Source of the DNA: Candidatus Poribacteria bacterium
GTDB lineage: Bacteria; Poribacteria; WGA-4E; WGA-3G
Direction: 5' to 3'
Assembly: GCA_963663765.2 (NCBI GenBank)
Contig: CAXXUA010000015.1
Location: forward strand, 256,001 to 320,000
Length of the DNA stretch: 64,000 nt
Shown one piece after another: positions 51,145 to 60,421 of the stretch. A model generated the notes under the pieces. It ran no database searches. It was not told the DNA's origin and saw nothing but the letters and a program-made list of their open reading frames with translations. Within the stretch, counting starts at the first letter, position 1; each line of letters starts with the position of its first letter. Made by a program: the position numbers and the translations under genes.

Positions 51145-53292
51145 TCATTCTGATGTGTCAAACAATGAATCGTCTATGTCGGTGTTTACTTTGAGCGCGC
51201 TGACATTGTTTTGGGTGTGTTGTTCTTCGTCTATGTATTGAACATAACTAAATGGAAACATTACTCCTTCAATTTCTCGATAGTCAGAGTATATTGTTTC
51301 AAGATTTTCAGTCATTCCTTGTCGTGTCTGTCGGTATGCAGTTTTTACAACTAAGTGTGTTTCTTCGCTGATGAAGAGTTTTAGCATTTCACCTGAAGGT
51401 TGTTTTACAAGTAAGACTGAAGATTTTTCATTATTCACGTCTTCTGTTCCAGTGTATTGAACAACAGTATCATTCTGTGAAAGATGTATTAGGAGTGGAA
51501 CAGTGTCTCTAAAAACAGCATCTTTCAATTCAGCAGTTGTTTCTGGAGGAACTGGTTGCATGCCGTTGGGTGAGAAGAAAACTGTTGTTTCTCCATCAAA
51601 CACAATACTCACTTTACCTTGTGGATTGTTCATATCCTGTCTGAATTTATCTGGGTATATTTGGGTTATTTCAACGTTCATGTTGAATGGTCCTGATAGT
51701 GTTTTGAAGGTGACAATTTGATTTGTGACAACATTTTTCACAGCTTTCAGTTTTTCAAGTCCACCGTATGCTTGGATGGTAGCAGCAATGATTTCCTTTG
51801 CTTTTGCTATGTCGGTCTCATTTGCTTCTGGTATTGGTTCTGTTGGTGGCGGTTCTGGTTGCTTTATCTCTATTTCATTGACTTCGCCAAATTCGGTCAA
51901 GGGACGATCGAAGTTGTCCTGATTACCGACGGTGACGATGGTCAGTGCATCAGGATGTAAGTATTTTTGTGCGACTGTTTGAACATCTTCAGCAGTTACT
52001 TTTGCGATGTGATCAGTGAAGGTTTCAAGGAAGTCGGGTGCAAATCCACGATATGCAAGCATCATTTGTTGAAATGCGATTTGTGAACTGCTTTCAAAAC
52101 CGAAGACAAATGAATTGATTAGGGAGTCCTTTGTGCGATTGAGTTCTTCTTCTGTAACAGGATTTTCTCGTATGTCTTTTATGAGGCTGATGATGAGTGC
52201 GATTGCTTCAGAAGTTTTCTCGGATCGTGTTTGACAGTATGCAAACCATTCACCTGGATTGGTGTAAAAGCTTGTTTGCATGAGACTTCCGACCATGTAA
52301 GCGAGTCCGTGTTTTTCGCGTACTTCCATCATCAATCGTGAGGTAAATCCACCCTCTCCGAGTATATCGTTCATGACCCGAAGTGCGAAGAAATCGGGGA
52401 AATCAGGAGTGCGTTTTATTCCGTAGTGTCCGATTAACATTGTTGTTTGTGGTAAATCCTTCTGGATATGGTTGACAGACGGTTTTGGCATGTTTTCCAC
52501 TGGTTCAATTGCTGGGAAGTCTGTTTTCGTATTTTCCCAACCTTCAAATACTTTTTCAAGTTGGTTTATTAGAGTGTCTGTGTCAAAGTCACCAGTGATT
52601 GCCAGCATTATATTTTCAGGTTTGAAGAACTTTGTGTGAAATGCTTTAAGGTCATCTACAGTGATACTTTCTACCCCATCAATTTCAGAATACCAACCGA
52701 ATGGGTGATCTTTTCCATAGAGTATCTCGGAGAAGTTCCGCCATGCTAATTGGATTGGGTTGTCATTTCTCCTTCGGATTGCTTCAATTGCTTGCTGTTT
52801 TCTGAGTTGCAGTTTTTCTTCTCTGAATGCAGGGTTTCCCAAGACATCTGCGAAGATTTCTAATCCCTTTTGAATATCTTCAGCCATTGTAGATAGATTG
52901 ACTGAGCCGTATTCGGGAGACATTCCGATTTCGACGGATGCTGCCATAGATTCCAGTTGTTCATTTAATGCATCTGGTTCTCTGGTCTCAGTTCCACCAG
53001 TTCGCATGACACTTGCGCAGATAGAAGCTAATCCGATTTTGTCCTTTGTGTCATAGATTGTACCTGTTTTTACTAATCCACTAATGTTAAATACCGGTAG
53101 TTCGTGATCCTCAAGTAGATACAGAGTCATGCCGTTTGACAGAACACGTTTTTCTGGGACCGGAGGATTAAATTCAATTGGTTCAAAGGTCAGTTCTTCA
53201 TGTGGTTTTGCAATTAGTGTTGTGCTGCTAACAGACATCAAACATGTGATGAGAATGAGTAAAATTAATTTGGTTCTATTTTGTGTCAGCAT
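51145..53292 (-). CDS. M16 family peptidase, non-catalytic subunit with extra C-terminal beta domain
   Basis: LSNGMTLYLLEDHELP, no HxxEH, SRL..EVREKHGLAY; signal peptide. Confidence 0.85.
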   Translation of the reverse strand: MLTQNRTKLILLILITCLMSVSSTTLIAKPHEELTFEPIEFNPPVPEKRVLSNGMTLYLLEDHELPVFNISGLVKTGTIYDTKDKIGLASICASVMRTGGTETREPDALNEQLESMAASVEIGMSPEYGSVNLSTMAEDIQKGLEIFADVLGNPAFREEKLQLRKQQAIEAIRRRNDNPIQLAWRNFSEILYGKDHPFGWYSEIDGVESITVDDLKAFHTKFFKPENIMLAITGDFDTDTLINQLEKVFEGWENTKTDFPAIEPVENMPKPSVNHIQKDLPQTTMLIGHYGIKRTPDFPDFFALRVMNDILGEGGFTSRLMMEVREKHGLAYMVGSLMQTSFYTNPGEWFAYCQTRSEKTSEAIALIISLIKDIRENPVTEEELNRTKDSLINSFVFGFESSSQIAFQQMMLAYRGFAPDFLETFTDHIAKVTAEDVQTVAQKYLHPDALTIVTVGNQDNFDRPLTEFGEVNEIEIKQPEPPPTEPIPEANETDIAKAKEIIAATIQAYGGLEKLKAVKNVVTNQIVTFKTLSGPFNMNVEITQIYPDKFRQDMNNPQGKVSIVFDGETTVFFSPNGMQPVPPETTAELKDAVFRDTVPLLIHLSQNDTVVQYTGTEDVNNEKSSVLLVKQPSGEMLKLFISEETHLVVKTAYRQTRQGMTENLETIYSDYREIEGVMFPFSYVQYIDEEQHTQNNVSALKVNTDIDDSLFDTSE

Positions 53293-54827
53293 TATTCAAA
53301 ATCCTCCTCAGAATCTGACTGTTCTACATTATCGGTTTCTTTCTTAACGAGTGTTGCGACGGTGCGATTGCTTTTCTTGAAGTATGTGTTTGCGGCTCTC
53401 ATGATGTCTTCGGGTGTGATTTCATACATTTTTTTGCGCCAATCCAGTATGTATCGCCAATCATTTGCGATACCTTCATAGAATGCAAGTTGATAAGCCA
53501 TACCTGAATTTGAACTCAACCCACGGATAAAACCTGCATCAATTTGTTTTAGTATACGTTTGAATTCCTTTTCTGCGACAGGTTCGGTTTTCAGTTTTTC
53601 CAGTTGTTCATAAATTACTTTTTCCACATCAATAGTTGTGTTTGGAGATTGTGGAGTAGCACTAATGACAAAAAGATTATCGTATCTTGCGCCTGGGTAA
53701 CCGTTGATTGAGTCAACAGAGAGAGCGATACTTTCTTCAACGATGTTTTTGTAAAAACGTGAGGTGCGTCCATCAGAGAGGATGGCACTAATCATATCTA
53801 ATACATAATCATCAAAATGAGGGATTGTAGGTTTATGAAAACCGATCATTAGTTGGGGTTCAGCATCAAATTCTACCTCAATGCGTCTTTCGCCTTCCTG
53901 TTTGGGTTCTTTGGAGGTGACTTCTTGGGGGAGAGGTTGGGAAGGGATGTCTCCGAAGTATTTTTCAATCAACGTGATTGTTTTTTCAGTGTTTATATCA
54001 CCGACAATGACCATAACAGAGTTATTTGGTGCGTAGTGTATTTTGAAAAATTCTTCAGCTTTGTTTCTGTTGAGCATTGCGATGTCAGATGGGAAGCCGA
54101 TGATAGGAATACCGTAAGGGTGTGCGGTGAAAGCTGCTGCCATAAACTGTTCATATAGCTTACCACCTGGGCGTGAATCCACAGCCATTCTGCGTTCTTC
54201 TTTTACAGCTTCGCGCTCCACATAGAATTGGCGTAGGACAGCATTTTTCAGTCTGTCAGATTCAAGCATTGCCCAGAGTTCTAATTTGTTTGAAGGCAGT
54301 TCTACGGTATAGATTGTATAGTCAACAGATGTGCCTGCGTTGAATCCGGAGCTGCCGTGTTGTGTATAGATTTCGGTATATTCACCAGAAACGACCCACT
54401 GTTTTGCAGCATCTTGTTGCGTTTTGAGTGCTGTTTCTAATTCAGCGATTTTTTGATCGTTTGCTCTATTGCCTTTAGCCTGTTCCTTGTCTAAAGCATC
54501 ACCGATTTTGTCGATTTCTGCGAGTACGACTTTTTCCTTTTCATAGTCGGTTGTACCGATAGTCTTTGTGCCTTTGAACAGCATGTGTTCAAGCATGTGC
54601 GCGATACCGCGTGCATCGTTTGATTCGTCCACAGAACCTGCTTTGAATAGGATGTACGGTGCGACGGTAGGGGAGTTATGACGTTCAATCATCAATAGTT
54701 TTAGACCGTTTGGGTAAGTGTGTTCTACCACGCGGTCTTCAAGGTTTTGTGCTGATGCTATTCCGTGAAATGTTAGGATGAATAGGATCAGTGTAATTTG
54801 AATCTTTTTCATTGATTTATTCAGCAT
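53292..54827 (-). CDS. M16 family zinc peptidase, catalytic subunit
   Basis: HMLEHMLFKGT, NAGT, EER, HPYG; signal peptide. Confidence 0.92.
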   Translation of the reverse strand: MLNKSMKKIQITLILFILTFHGIASAQNLEDRVVEHTYPNGLKLLMIERHNSPTVAPYILFKAGSVDESNDARGIAHMLEHMLFKGTKTIGTTDYEKEKVVLAEIDKIGDALDKEQAKGNRANDQKIAELETALKTQQDAAKQWVVSGEYTEIYTQHGSSGFNAGTSVDYTIYTVELPSNKLELWAMLESDRLKNAVLRQFYVEREAVKEERRMAVDSRPGGKLYEQFMAAAFTAHPYGIPIIGFPSDIAMLNRNKAEEFFKIHYAPNNSVMVIVGDINTEKTITLIEKYFGDIPSQPLPQEVTSKEPKQEGERRIEVEFDAEPQLMIGFHKPTIPHFDDYVLDMISAILSDGRTSRFYKNIVEESIALSVDSINGYPGARYDNLFVISATPQSPNTTIDVEKVIYEQLEKLKTEPVAEKEFKRILKQIDAGFIRGLSSNSGMAYQLAFYEGIANDWRYILDWRKKMYEITPEDIMRAANTYFKKSNRTVATLVKKETDNVEQSDSEEDFE

Positions 54828-55176
54828 TATTTCTTAGTGTGTTCACACTAAAATGCTGTTCCTTTCTTTTTTGTTTATACTAAGAAGTTGCAATAATAGT
54901 AACGTATCTCAAAAATGCAATTTTGTCCAAATTCACAGAATCGCGTGTCCGGTAATTCGGGGTTAGAAACCCCTCCTACGATTTGTGAGATAGGTTGTAG
55001 CGTATCTGTTGTTGTCTGAACCAGGATTTTCAGGATTATTAGATTTGCAGGAATACCTTGTCAAGGATTTTTTATTTACATAGGTGCGTTTGGCTCAATT
55101 ATAGCAAAATAACGACGTGTGTTAGTTAACAAATATTTTTACAGATATTGAGATCAACCATTTGCAAACAAATTTG

Positions 55177-57171
55177 CTAATTTGAACCGTTAATTAAAGT
55201 AGCAAAATCCCATACAAGTACTGCACCATCACCGCTTGTTATGAGTGTTTTTCCGTCTTGACTAAATGCTATACCACTTATCCTATGCGAAAATCCTTTA
55301 ATTGTTTTGACTAACTTACCAGTGTCAGCATCCCAAATACTTAGGGTAAAGTCAAAACTTCCAGCAAGAAGATATTTTCCATCAGGACTAAACTCGCAGC
55401 TTAGTAAAAACCCATTATCTTTTAGCAGAATAAATATGTCTTTAAGAGTGTGTTTGTGAACACCAGTTGCAACATCCCACAAATTAATCTTTTTGCTATA
55501 TGTACGAAAACTAGCGAATGACTTTCCATCTGGACTAAAGACGAGATCGTTTATATTCTCCGAATTATGCTTGAGATCCAAGGTTCTCAAGTGGCTTCCA
55601 GATGCAACATCCCACATGTTAATGATCTTAAACCCGTCGGTACTTGCAATGATTTTGCCATCAGGACTGAAAGATAGCCTTACGATTTTGGTTGACGACT
55701 CATGTGTAATCGGTGCGTACTTTTGTTGCATCGTGTCAAGCTCACATATATGTATATTTTTCTCTGTCACACCTGCAAGCAGCTGAGTCTTAGGACTAAT
55801 CACTACTTTACTCATATTTTTTGGATGTATACTTGGTCTATTTTTACTTTTACCTGTTTTCGCGTCCCATTGACGAATAGTAATTTCCCTTGCCCTTTTT
55901 TTATTATTGCCAGTTATCGCGTTCCATAGACGAGTAGTATTTTCCATACTTTCGCTTACTATTGTTAACCCGTCCGAACTATATGAAACGGCATAAACTT
56001 CAGATTTGTGTCCTCTAAGTATCTTTTTGTGTTTCGCTGTTGTAACATCCCACAAATGAATGTAACCATTCGTACTTCCACTCACCAGAGTTAATCCATC
56101 CGGACTCAATGATATGCTTGTTGCAATATCAACATGGTCTCTTAGGCTATACTTTTGTTTTCTGGAATTTACATCCCATAGCATAAGAAGACCAAATCGG
56201 TCAAAACTTAATAGTGTATTACCATCAGGACTAAAGACGACTTTTCGAATTTCATTAGAATGCTCATTTAGAGTCGCTTTCCGTGTTCCTTTATTGATAT
56301 CCCACAATATGATGGAATAGTCTGTACTTCCACTTGCAAGTGTATTTCCATCAGGACTAAAAGCGAGACATTCTATTCTCTTTTCATGTCCTTTTAGCGT
56401 TTTCTTGTGTTCACCTTTTTCAATATCCCATACTTCGATTGTTTTGTATTGAATCCCTGATGCAACTGTTTTCCCATCTGAACTTAATGCTAAACATTTA
56501 TCTACATGTGAATTAATCTTCATTTCTTGCAATACCTTTTCTTCCACAACATCAACTACAAGGATAACATCACTACGGCTACTTGCCAATATTCTTCCAT
56601 CCGTGCTAAAGGCAATATTATCAGCACTGTGGAAAGCTTGAAGTTCAAAGTGATGTGTACCTGTTGTCACGTCCCACAAATCAATCTTACCTGACTTTGT
56701 ACTTACGAGGCTTTTGCCATCACCGATGAACGATACAGAATCAAAATCAAAATCATAATATGGTTCTGAGTCACGTATGAATGTGGTTTTGTGCTTAAAT
56801 GTCTCTATATCCCATATAAGGATTACTTTATTATTACTTATAGTTGCCAGTTTTTCTCCATCCAAACTGAATGACATCATTTTTGCTGCGGGTTTATCTG
56901 TTGCTATGAGTGCTGTTTCCTCATACGTGTTTGCATCATAAAACCAAATTCCTGTAGAACTTGCGACAGCAAATTGTGTGCCATCAGGCAGGTAGATAAC
57001 ATCATGAATCATCCCTTTACCTATTCTTGCTTTTAGACCTTTGGGTAAATTAATCTGTGGTGTTTCAATCGGAAATGTGTCTGAACTGGCAATATTCGGG
57101 AGAAAATGTAAAACTAAGAAAATTGAAATGATGCTGATTACCAAAAAAGTAAAGTGCATTTTATTTTTCAC
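55177..57171 (-). CDS. Secreted WD40-repeat protein
   Basis: Many FSPDG..LASGS.D..I.LWD repeats; LPKGLKARIGKG leader. Confidence 0.92.
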   Translation of the reverse strand: MKNKMHFTFLVISIISIFLVLHFLPNIASSDTFPIETPQINLPKGLKARIGKGMIHDVIYLPDGTQFAVASSTGIWFYDANTYEETALIATDKPAAKMMSFSLDGEKLATISNNKVILIWDIETFKHKTTFIRDSEPYYDFDFDSVSFIGDGKSLVSTKSGKIDLWDVTTGTHHFELQAFHSADNIAFSTDGRILASSRSDVILVVDVVEEKVLQEMKINSHVDKCLALSSDGKTVASGIQYKTIEVWDIEKGEHKKTLKGHEKRIECLAFSPDGNTLASGSTDYSIILWDINKGTRKATLNEHSNEIRKVVFSPDGNTLLSFDRFGLLMLWDVNSRKQKYSLRDHVDIATSISLSPDGLTLVSGSTNGYIHLWDVTTAKHKKILRGHKSEVYAVSYSSDGLTIVSESMENTTRLWNAITGNNKKRAREITIRQWDAKTGKSKNRPSIHPKNMSKVVISPKTQLLAGVTEKNIHICELDTMQQKYAPITHESSTKIVRLSFSPDGKIIASTDGFKIINMWDVASGSHLRTLDLKHNSENINDLVFSPDGKSFASFRTYSKKINLWDVATGVHKHTLKDIFILLKDNGFLLSCEFSPDGKYLLAGSFDFTLSIWDADTGKLVKTIKGFSHRISGIAFSQDGKTLITSGDGAVLVWDFATLINGSN

Positions 57172-57230
57172 TGTTACAATTTCCTATTTATAGCGGGTTT
57201 CCATAATTCAGTTATTGTGAAATTCTGAAA

Positions 57231-57342
57231 TCCAGCGCGCTTAAAAAGCGCCAAATCAAGAAATCAACGGTATGAATGCCTTTTGGCATTCACCGGGTAT
57301 GAATGCGCCTATGGCATTCACCGCCGACCATGGTGCGTAAGT
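57231..57342. mobile_element. Partial family A element carrying two GAATGC hairpin modules
   Basis: CAGCGCGCTTAAAAAGCG-CCAAATC...GGCATTCAC(x2)-CGCCGACC..TGCGTAAGT. Confidence 0.6.
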
Positions 57343-57353
57343 TTCATTATTTT

Positions 57354-58970
57354 CTATTCATTTGTCACATTCGTTATCTTACTCATATTCCATAGTAGTA
57401 TTGTATCGTCAGCACTATAACTTGCAAGCGTTTGCATATCAGTACTCAGTGAAAAACATCTAAGAAAGTATGCATGTCCTATCAAGAAATGGTAGAATTG
57501 TCCAGTGTTGACATTCCAGAAGTGAATTACACGTGTTTCACTATTAATTGCAAGGAGATTTCCATCTTGCGTAAACAGCAATTCCTTCCAATAGTCGTCT
57601 TTTTCAGGACTAGTTCTTTCCATTGGTGCTGAGAGTGTTTTTAGCAGTTCTTCAGTCTCTATATCCCATAAACGTGCACTTCTATCCCAATCAGTACTTG
57701 CGAGTTGTTGACCGTCAGGACTGAACATTATCCGACTTACGCTTTTTTTATGCCCTTTGAAAATCCTTATTGGGATACCTATTTCCACATCAATCAGATA
57801 AATATTACCATTTTTGCTACCAACCGCCAGTAAACTTCCATCCTGATTAAAGGAAAGGCAAGAAATAGAAGACATCCGTTCATCATGGAAAGTTTCATGT
57901 TTCCAAGATTCTGTATTCCACAGAAGGATGCTTCCATCATCACTTCCAGTTGCAAGGTGTTTTCCATCGGAACTGAAAACTATGCTATTAACAAACCCAA
58001 TATGACCATTTAATTTCGTTTTGAGTTTCCCGTTGTTGAGATCCCATAGCCGAATCGTACCGTCCATACTGCCACATGCAAGTGTTTTTCCATCCGGACT
58101 GAAGGCAACACCTTCAAAAACGAATGGTTGATCATAATGCCTGTGTTCTTGATTTGGTAATGTTGTCATAAGGTGTCCAATAAGTTTATACTTTAGTTTT
58201 CCCGTATTGGTATCCCACACATGAATAGGTAATTTATTCTGCAACATTATAATCAGTTTTCCATTTGGACTTAGCAAAAGTTCGCTTGAATAGTCAAGTT
58301 GCAAAAAGTCATTAATTCTTTTTATCTGTTTTTCTGTTTGGGTATCGTGTATTGAGAAGCCATTTTCATCATTTGTTGTGGCGTAGGTCTTCCCATTCGG
58401 ATTAAATGCAATTTTAACTTTTTCCTTTTCATCATCGTCATCTTTCAATGGTTGATTGGCGTTATCATCAGGATCTTGCCATAATTCTATAGTCTTATTC
58501 TCTTTTTTAATAGTGAGTTTTTGTCTATCTGGACTATATGTCACGTCATATTTCACATTTAATTCTTTACATTCTCCAGTATTAACATTCCACACCAGAA
58601 TTAGATCGGTTATGCTACTCTTTGATTCACCCATAATCGTCTGTCCATCAGTGCTAAATCTGACATTCTTGAGTTCGCGTCCTAAAGCATAGTATGAATT
58701 ATACAATGGTATAGGAAGTAACTTGATCTCATTGTACGTTTCTGTGTCATATAACCAAATTCCGATGGTACTTACAACTGCTAACACATTCCCGTCTGGG
58801 GAATACAAGAAATCCTTTATTTTACCTTTTCCAAGTCGTGCTATAGCACCTTCTGGTAGACTCATTTGTGTGTAATTTTGCGCATAACTGCTCTGTAGAA
58901 AAACAGTTGTAATGATGCTGAGTAATAAAACTCTCAGAAATAAAATAGCATGAGATTTCTTGGCTTGCAT
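57354..58970 (-). CDS. Secreted WD40-repeat protein
   Basis: FSPDGKTLACGSMDGTIRLWD repeats; LPEGAIARLGKG leader. Confidence 0.92.
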   Translation of the reverse strand: MQAKKSHAILFLRVLLLSIITTVFLQSSYAQNYTQMSLPEGAIARLGKGKIKDFLYSPDGNVLAVVSTIGIWLYDTETYNEIKLLPIPLYNSYYALGRELKNVRFSTDGQTIMGESKSSITDLILVWNVNTGECKELNVKYDVTYSPDRQKLTIKKENKTIELWQDPDDNANQPLKDDDDEKEKVKIAFNPNGKTYATTNDENGFSIHDTQTEKQIKRINDFLQLDYSSELLLSPNGKLIIMLQNKLPIHVWDTNTGKLKYKLIGHLMTTLPNQEHRHYDQPFVFEGVAFSPDGKTLACGSMDGTIRLWDLNNGKLKTKLNGHIGFVNSIVFSSDGKHLATGSDDGSILLWNTESWKHETFHDERMSSISCLSFNQDGSLLAVGSKNGNIYLIDVEIGIPIRIFKGHKKSVSRIMFSPDGQQLASTDWDRSARLWDIETEELLKTLSAPMERTSPEKDDYWKELLFTQDGNLLAINSETRVIHFWNVNTGQFYHFLIGHAYFLRCFSLSTDMQTLASYSADDTILLWNMSKITNVTNE

Positions 58971-59135
58971 ACCGTGAGATCCTTTGTGTTTATTTCATTT
59001 TGAATATAATACCATTTCTAAAAATTATTGTCGCATTCGAACGGTTGTTATGGTAGTCATTCTTTAGGCACAAACTTCCAGTTTGTGCTACAGAAATAAG
59101 AAACCCCGATTTTGGCAATCAGGGTTTCAATTTTT

Positions 59136-59393
59136 TTATTTTTTCTGTAGGTCACCGAGTAATCCAACTAATGCGAATCTGATATGTGAAGAGAGTGCGG
59201 AGTTTTCAGCTCTTAGGTCAGCACCTTCTTCGTCGGGATACATGACGTGGGCTGCAACAGCCTTTTTGACCCAAGTTTCAGCTCTGTTATCGTAAGGGAT
59301 ATATTTTTCTTTGGGTGCTGTGCAGGCGGGACATTCATCTGGGGGTTCATTGGCTTCTTTCCACAAATAGCCACAAGCAGTACATACAAACAT
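59136..59393 (-). CDS. Rubredoxin-like domain protein
   Basis: CTACGY...PPDECPAC.APKEKY; RBS AAGGA. Confidence 0.75.
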   Translation of the reverse strand: MFVCTACGYLWKEANEPPDECPACTAPKEKYIPYDNRAETWVKKAVAAHVMYPDEEGADLRAENSALSSHIRFALVGLLGDLQKK

Positions 59394-59554
59394 AGTTAAT
59401 TCCTTTCTTATTGTAAGTGTATATATGTATTCATAGCGTAATTAGAAGGTTATTATCTGATAGTAATCATTCTATCAAATATTATTTTGAAAATCAACTG
59501 TAATTTTGCCTGTAATTTTGTAAGGGTGATTGAAAATATTTTGGTATAGTGTTG

Positions 59555-59632
59555 TCTGAATCGCGGATTACGCGGATGGGTATCGGAATCGCAGATTACA
59601 CGGATTACGCGGATTACATTGATTACATGGAT
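59555..59632. repeat. Degenerate 9-bp tandem repeat (CRCGGATTA-like)
   Basis: CGCGGATTA/CGCAGATTA/CACGGATTA/CATTGATTA units after TCTGAA; related TCTGAACCAGGATT motif at ~55015. Confidence 0.6.
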
Positions 59633-59806
59633 AAGACATCTGCACCAGATCTGTTTGCTTAGGTGCATCTAATCATCAGCAAAGGATGTTGATGCGAAGG
59701 ACACATTTTTCATTTTAATATTGCGTGTTAACACAGTTATAGTAAGGGTTTATAGCCGAATTTTATTGTATATTTTTAGATAGTAACGTAATTTTTTGTA
59801 ATTGAC

Positions 59807-59927
59807 AGGACTTACGCACACAATGGTAGGCGTGCTTTGTAAGCGCGCCGGAAACCCAGAAAAACGCTGATAATGGCATCATTTTCATCATAATTTTTGA
59901 TTAAATCAAGAAAACTGCGTAAGTCCT
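59807..59927. mobile_element. MITE-like repeat family A, copy 4 (lacks the 36-nt insert)
   Basis: CAGGACTTACGCA...TGCGTAAGTCCTG perfect TIR. Confidence 0.8.
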
Positions 59928-60276
59928 GATTGAAAAATATATTTTACTTGAAAGTGTAACATTTTGTTTTCTGTTTCAAAAAGTATTAGATTGAGGTAGT
60001 AATGCAATTATAAAAATGTAAATATTAACTTATTAGATTGAATGTAATATATTTTGTAATACAATACCTTCGCCAATAATAGACATTCTTCCAGATTGTG
60101 CGGGCAGTTGTAGCACATTCTGCCAGATTGTGCCTATAAATTATTCTGTCAGATTGCTGATATAGTCATTTCTATTGTCAAATTAGAGGATGTGATAACA
60201 GGGTTATTCAGTTTTCAATATTATTGATAATATTTTGCTATGTCGTTAATTTTATGTGTTGCCATCTTGTCCATGT

Positions 60277-60421
60277 CTTTAGTCCCGTAGGGACGATATG
60301 TTTATAGAAACATGTTATCTATCCCTCTTGAGTTCCGTAGGAACGACATAGAAAAATAAACATATCGTCCCTACCAAATCAACGCCAAATGCGCCAAATC
60401 AACGGTATGAATGCCATTAAG
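60277..60421. repeat. REP-like cluster left of IS (GTAGGGACGATATG family) with nested hairpin module
   Basis: CTTTAGTCCCGTAGGGACGATATG plus inverted CATATCGTCCCTA interrupted by a CCAAATC module. Confidence 0.65.
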
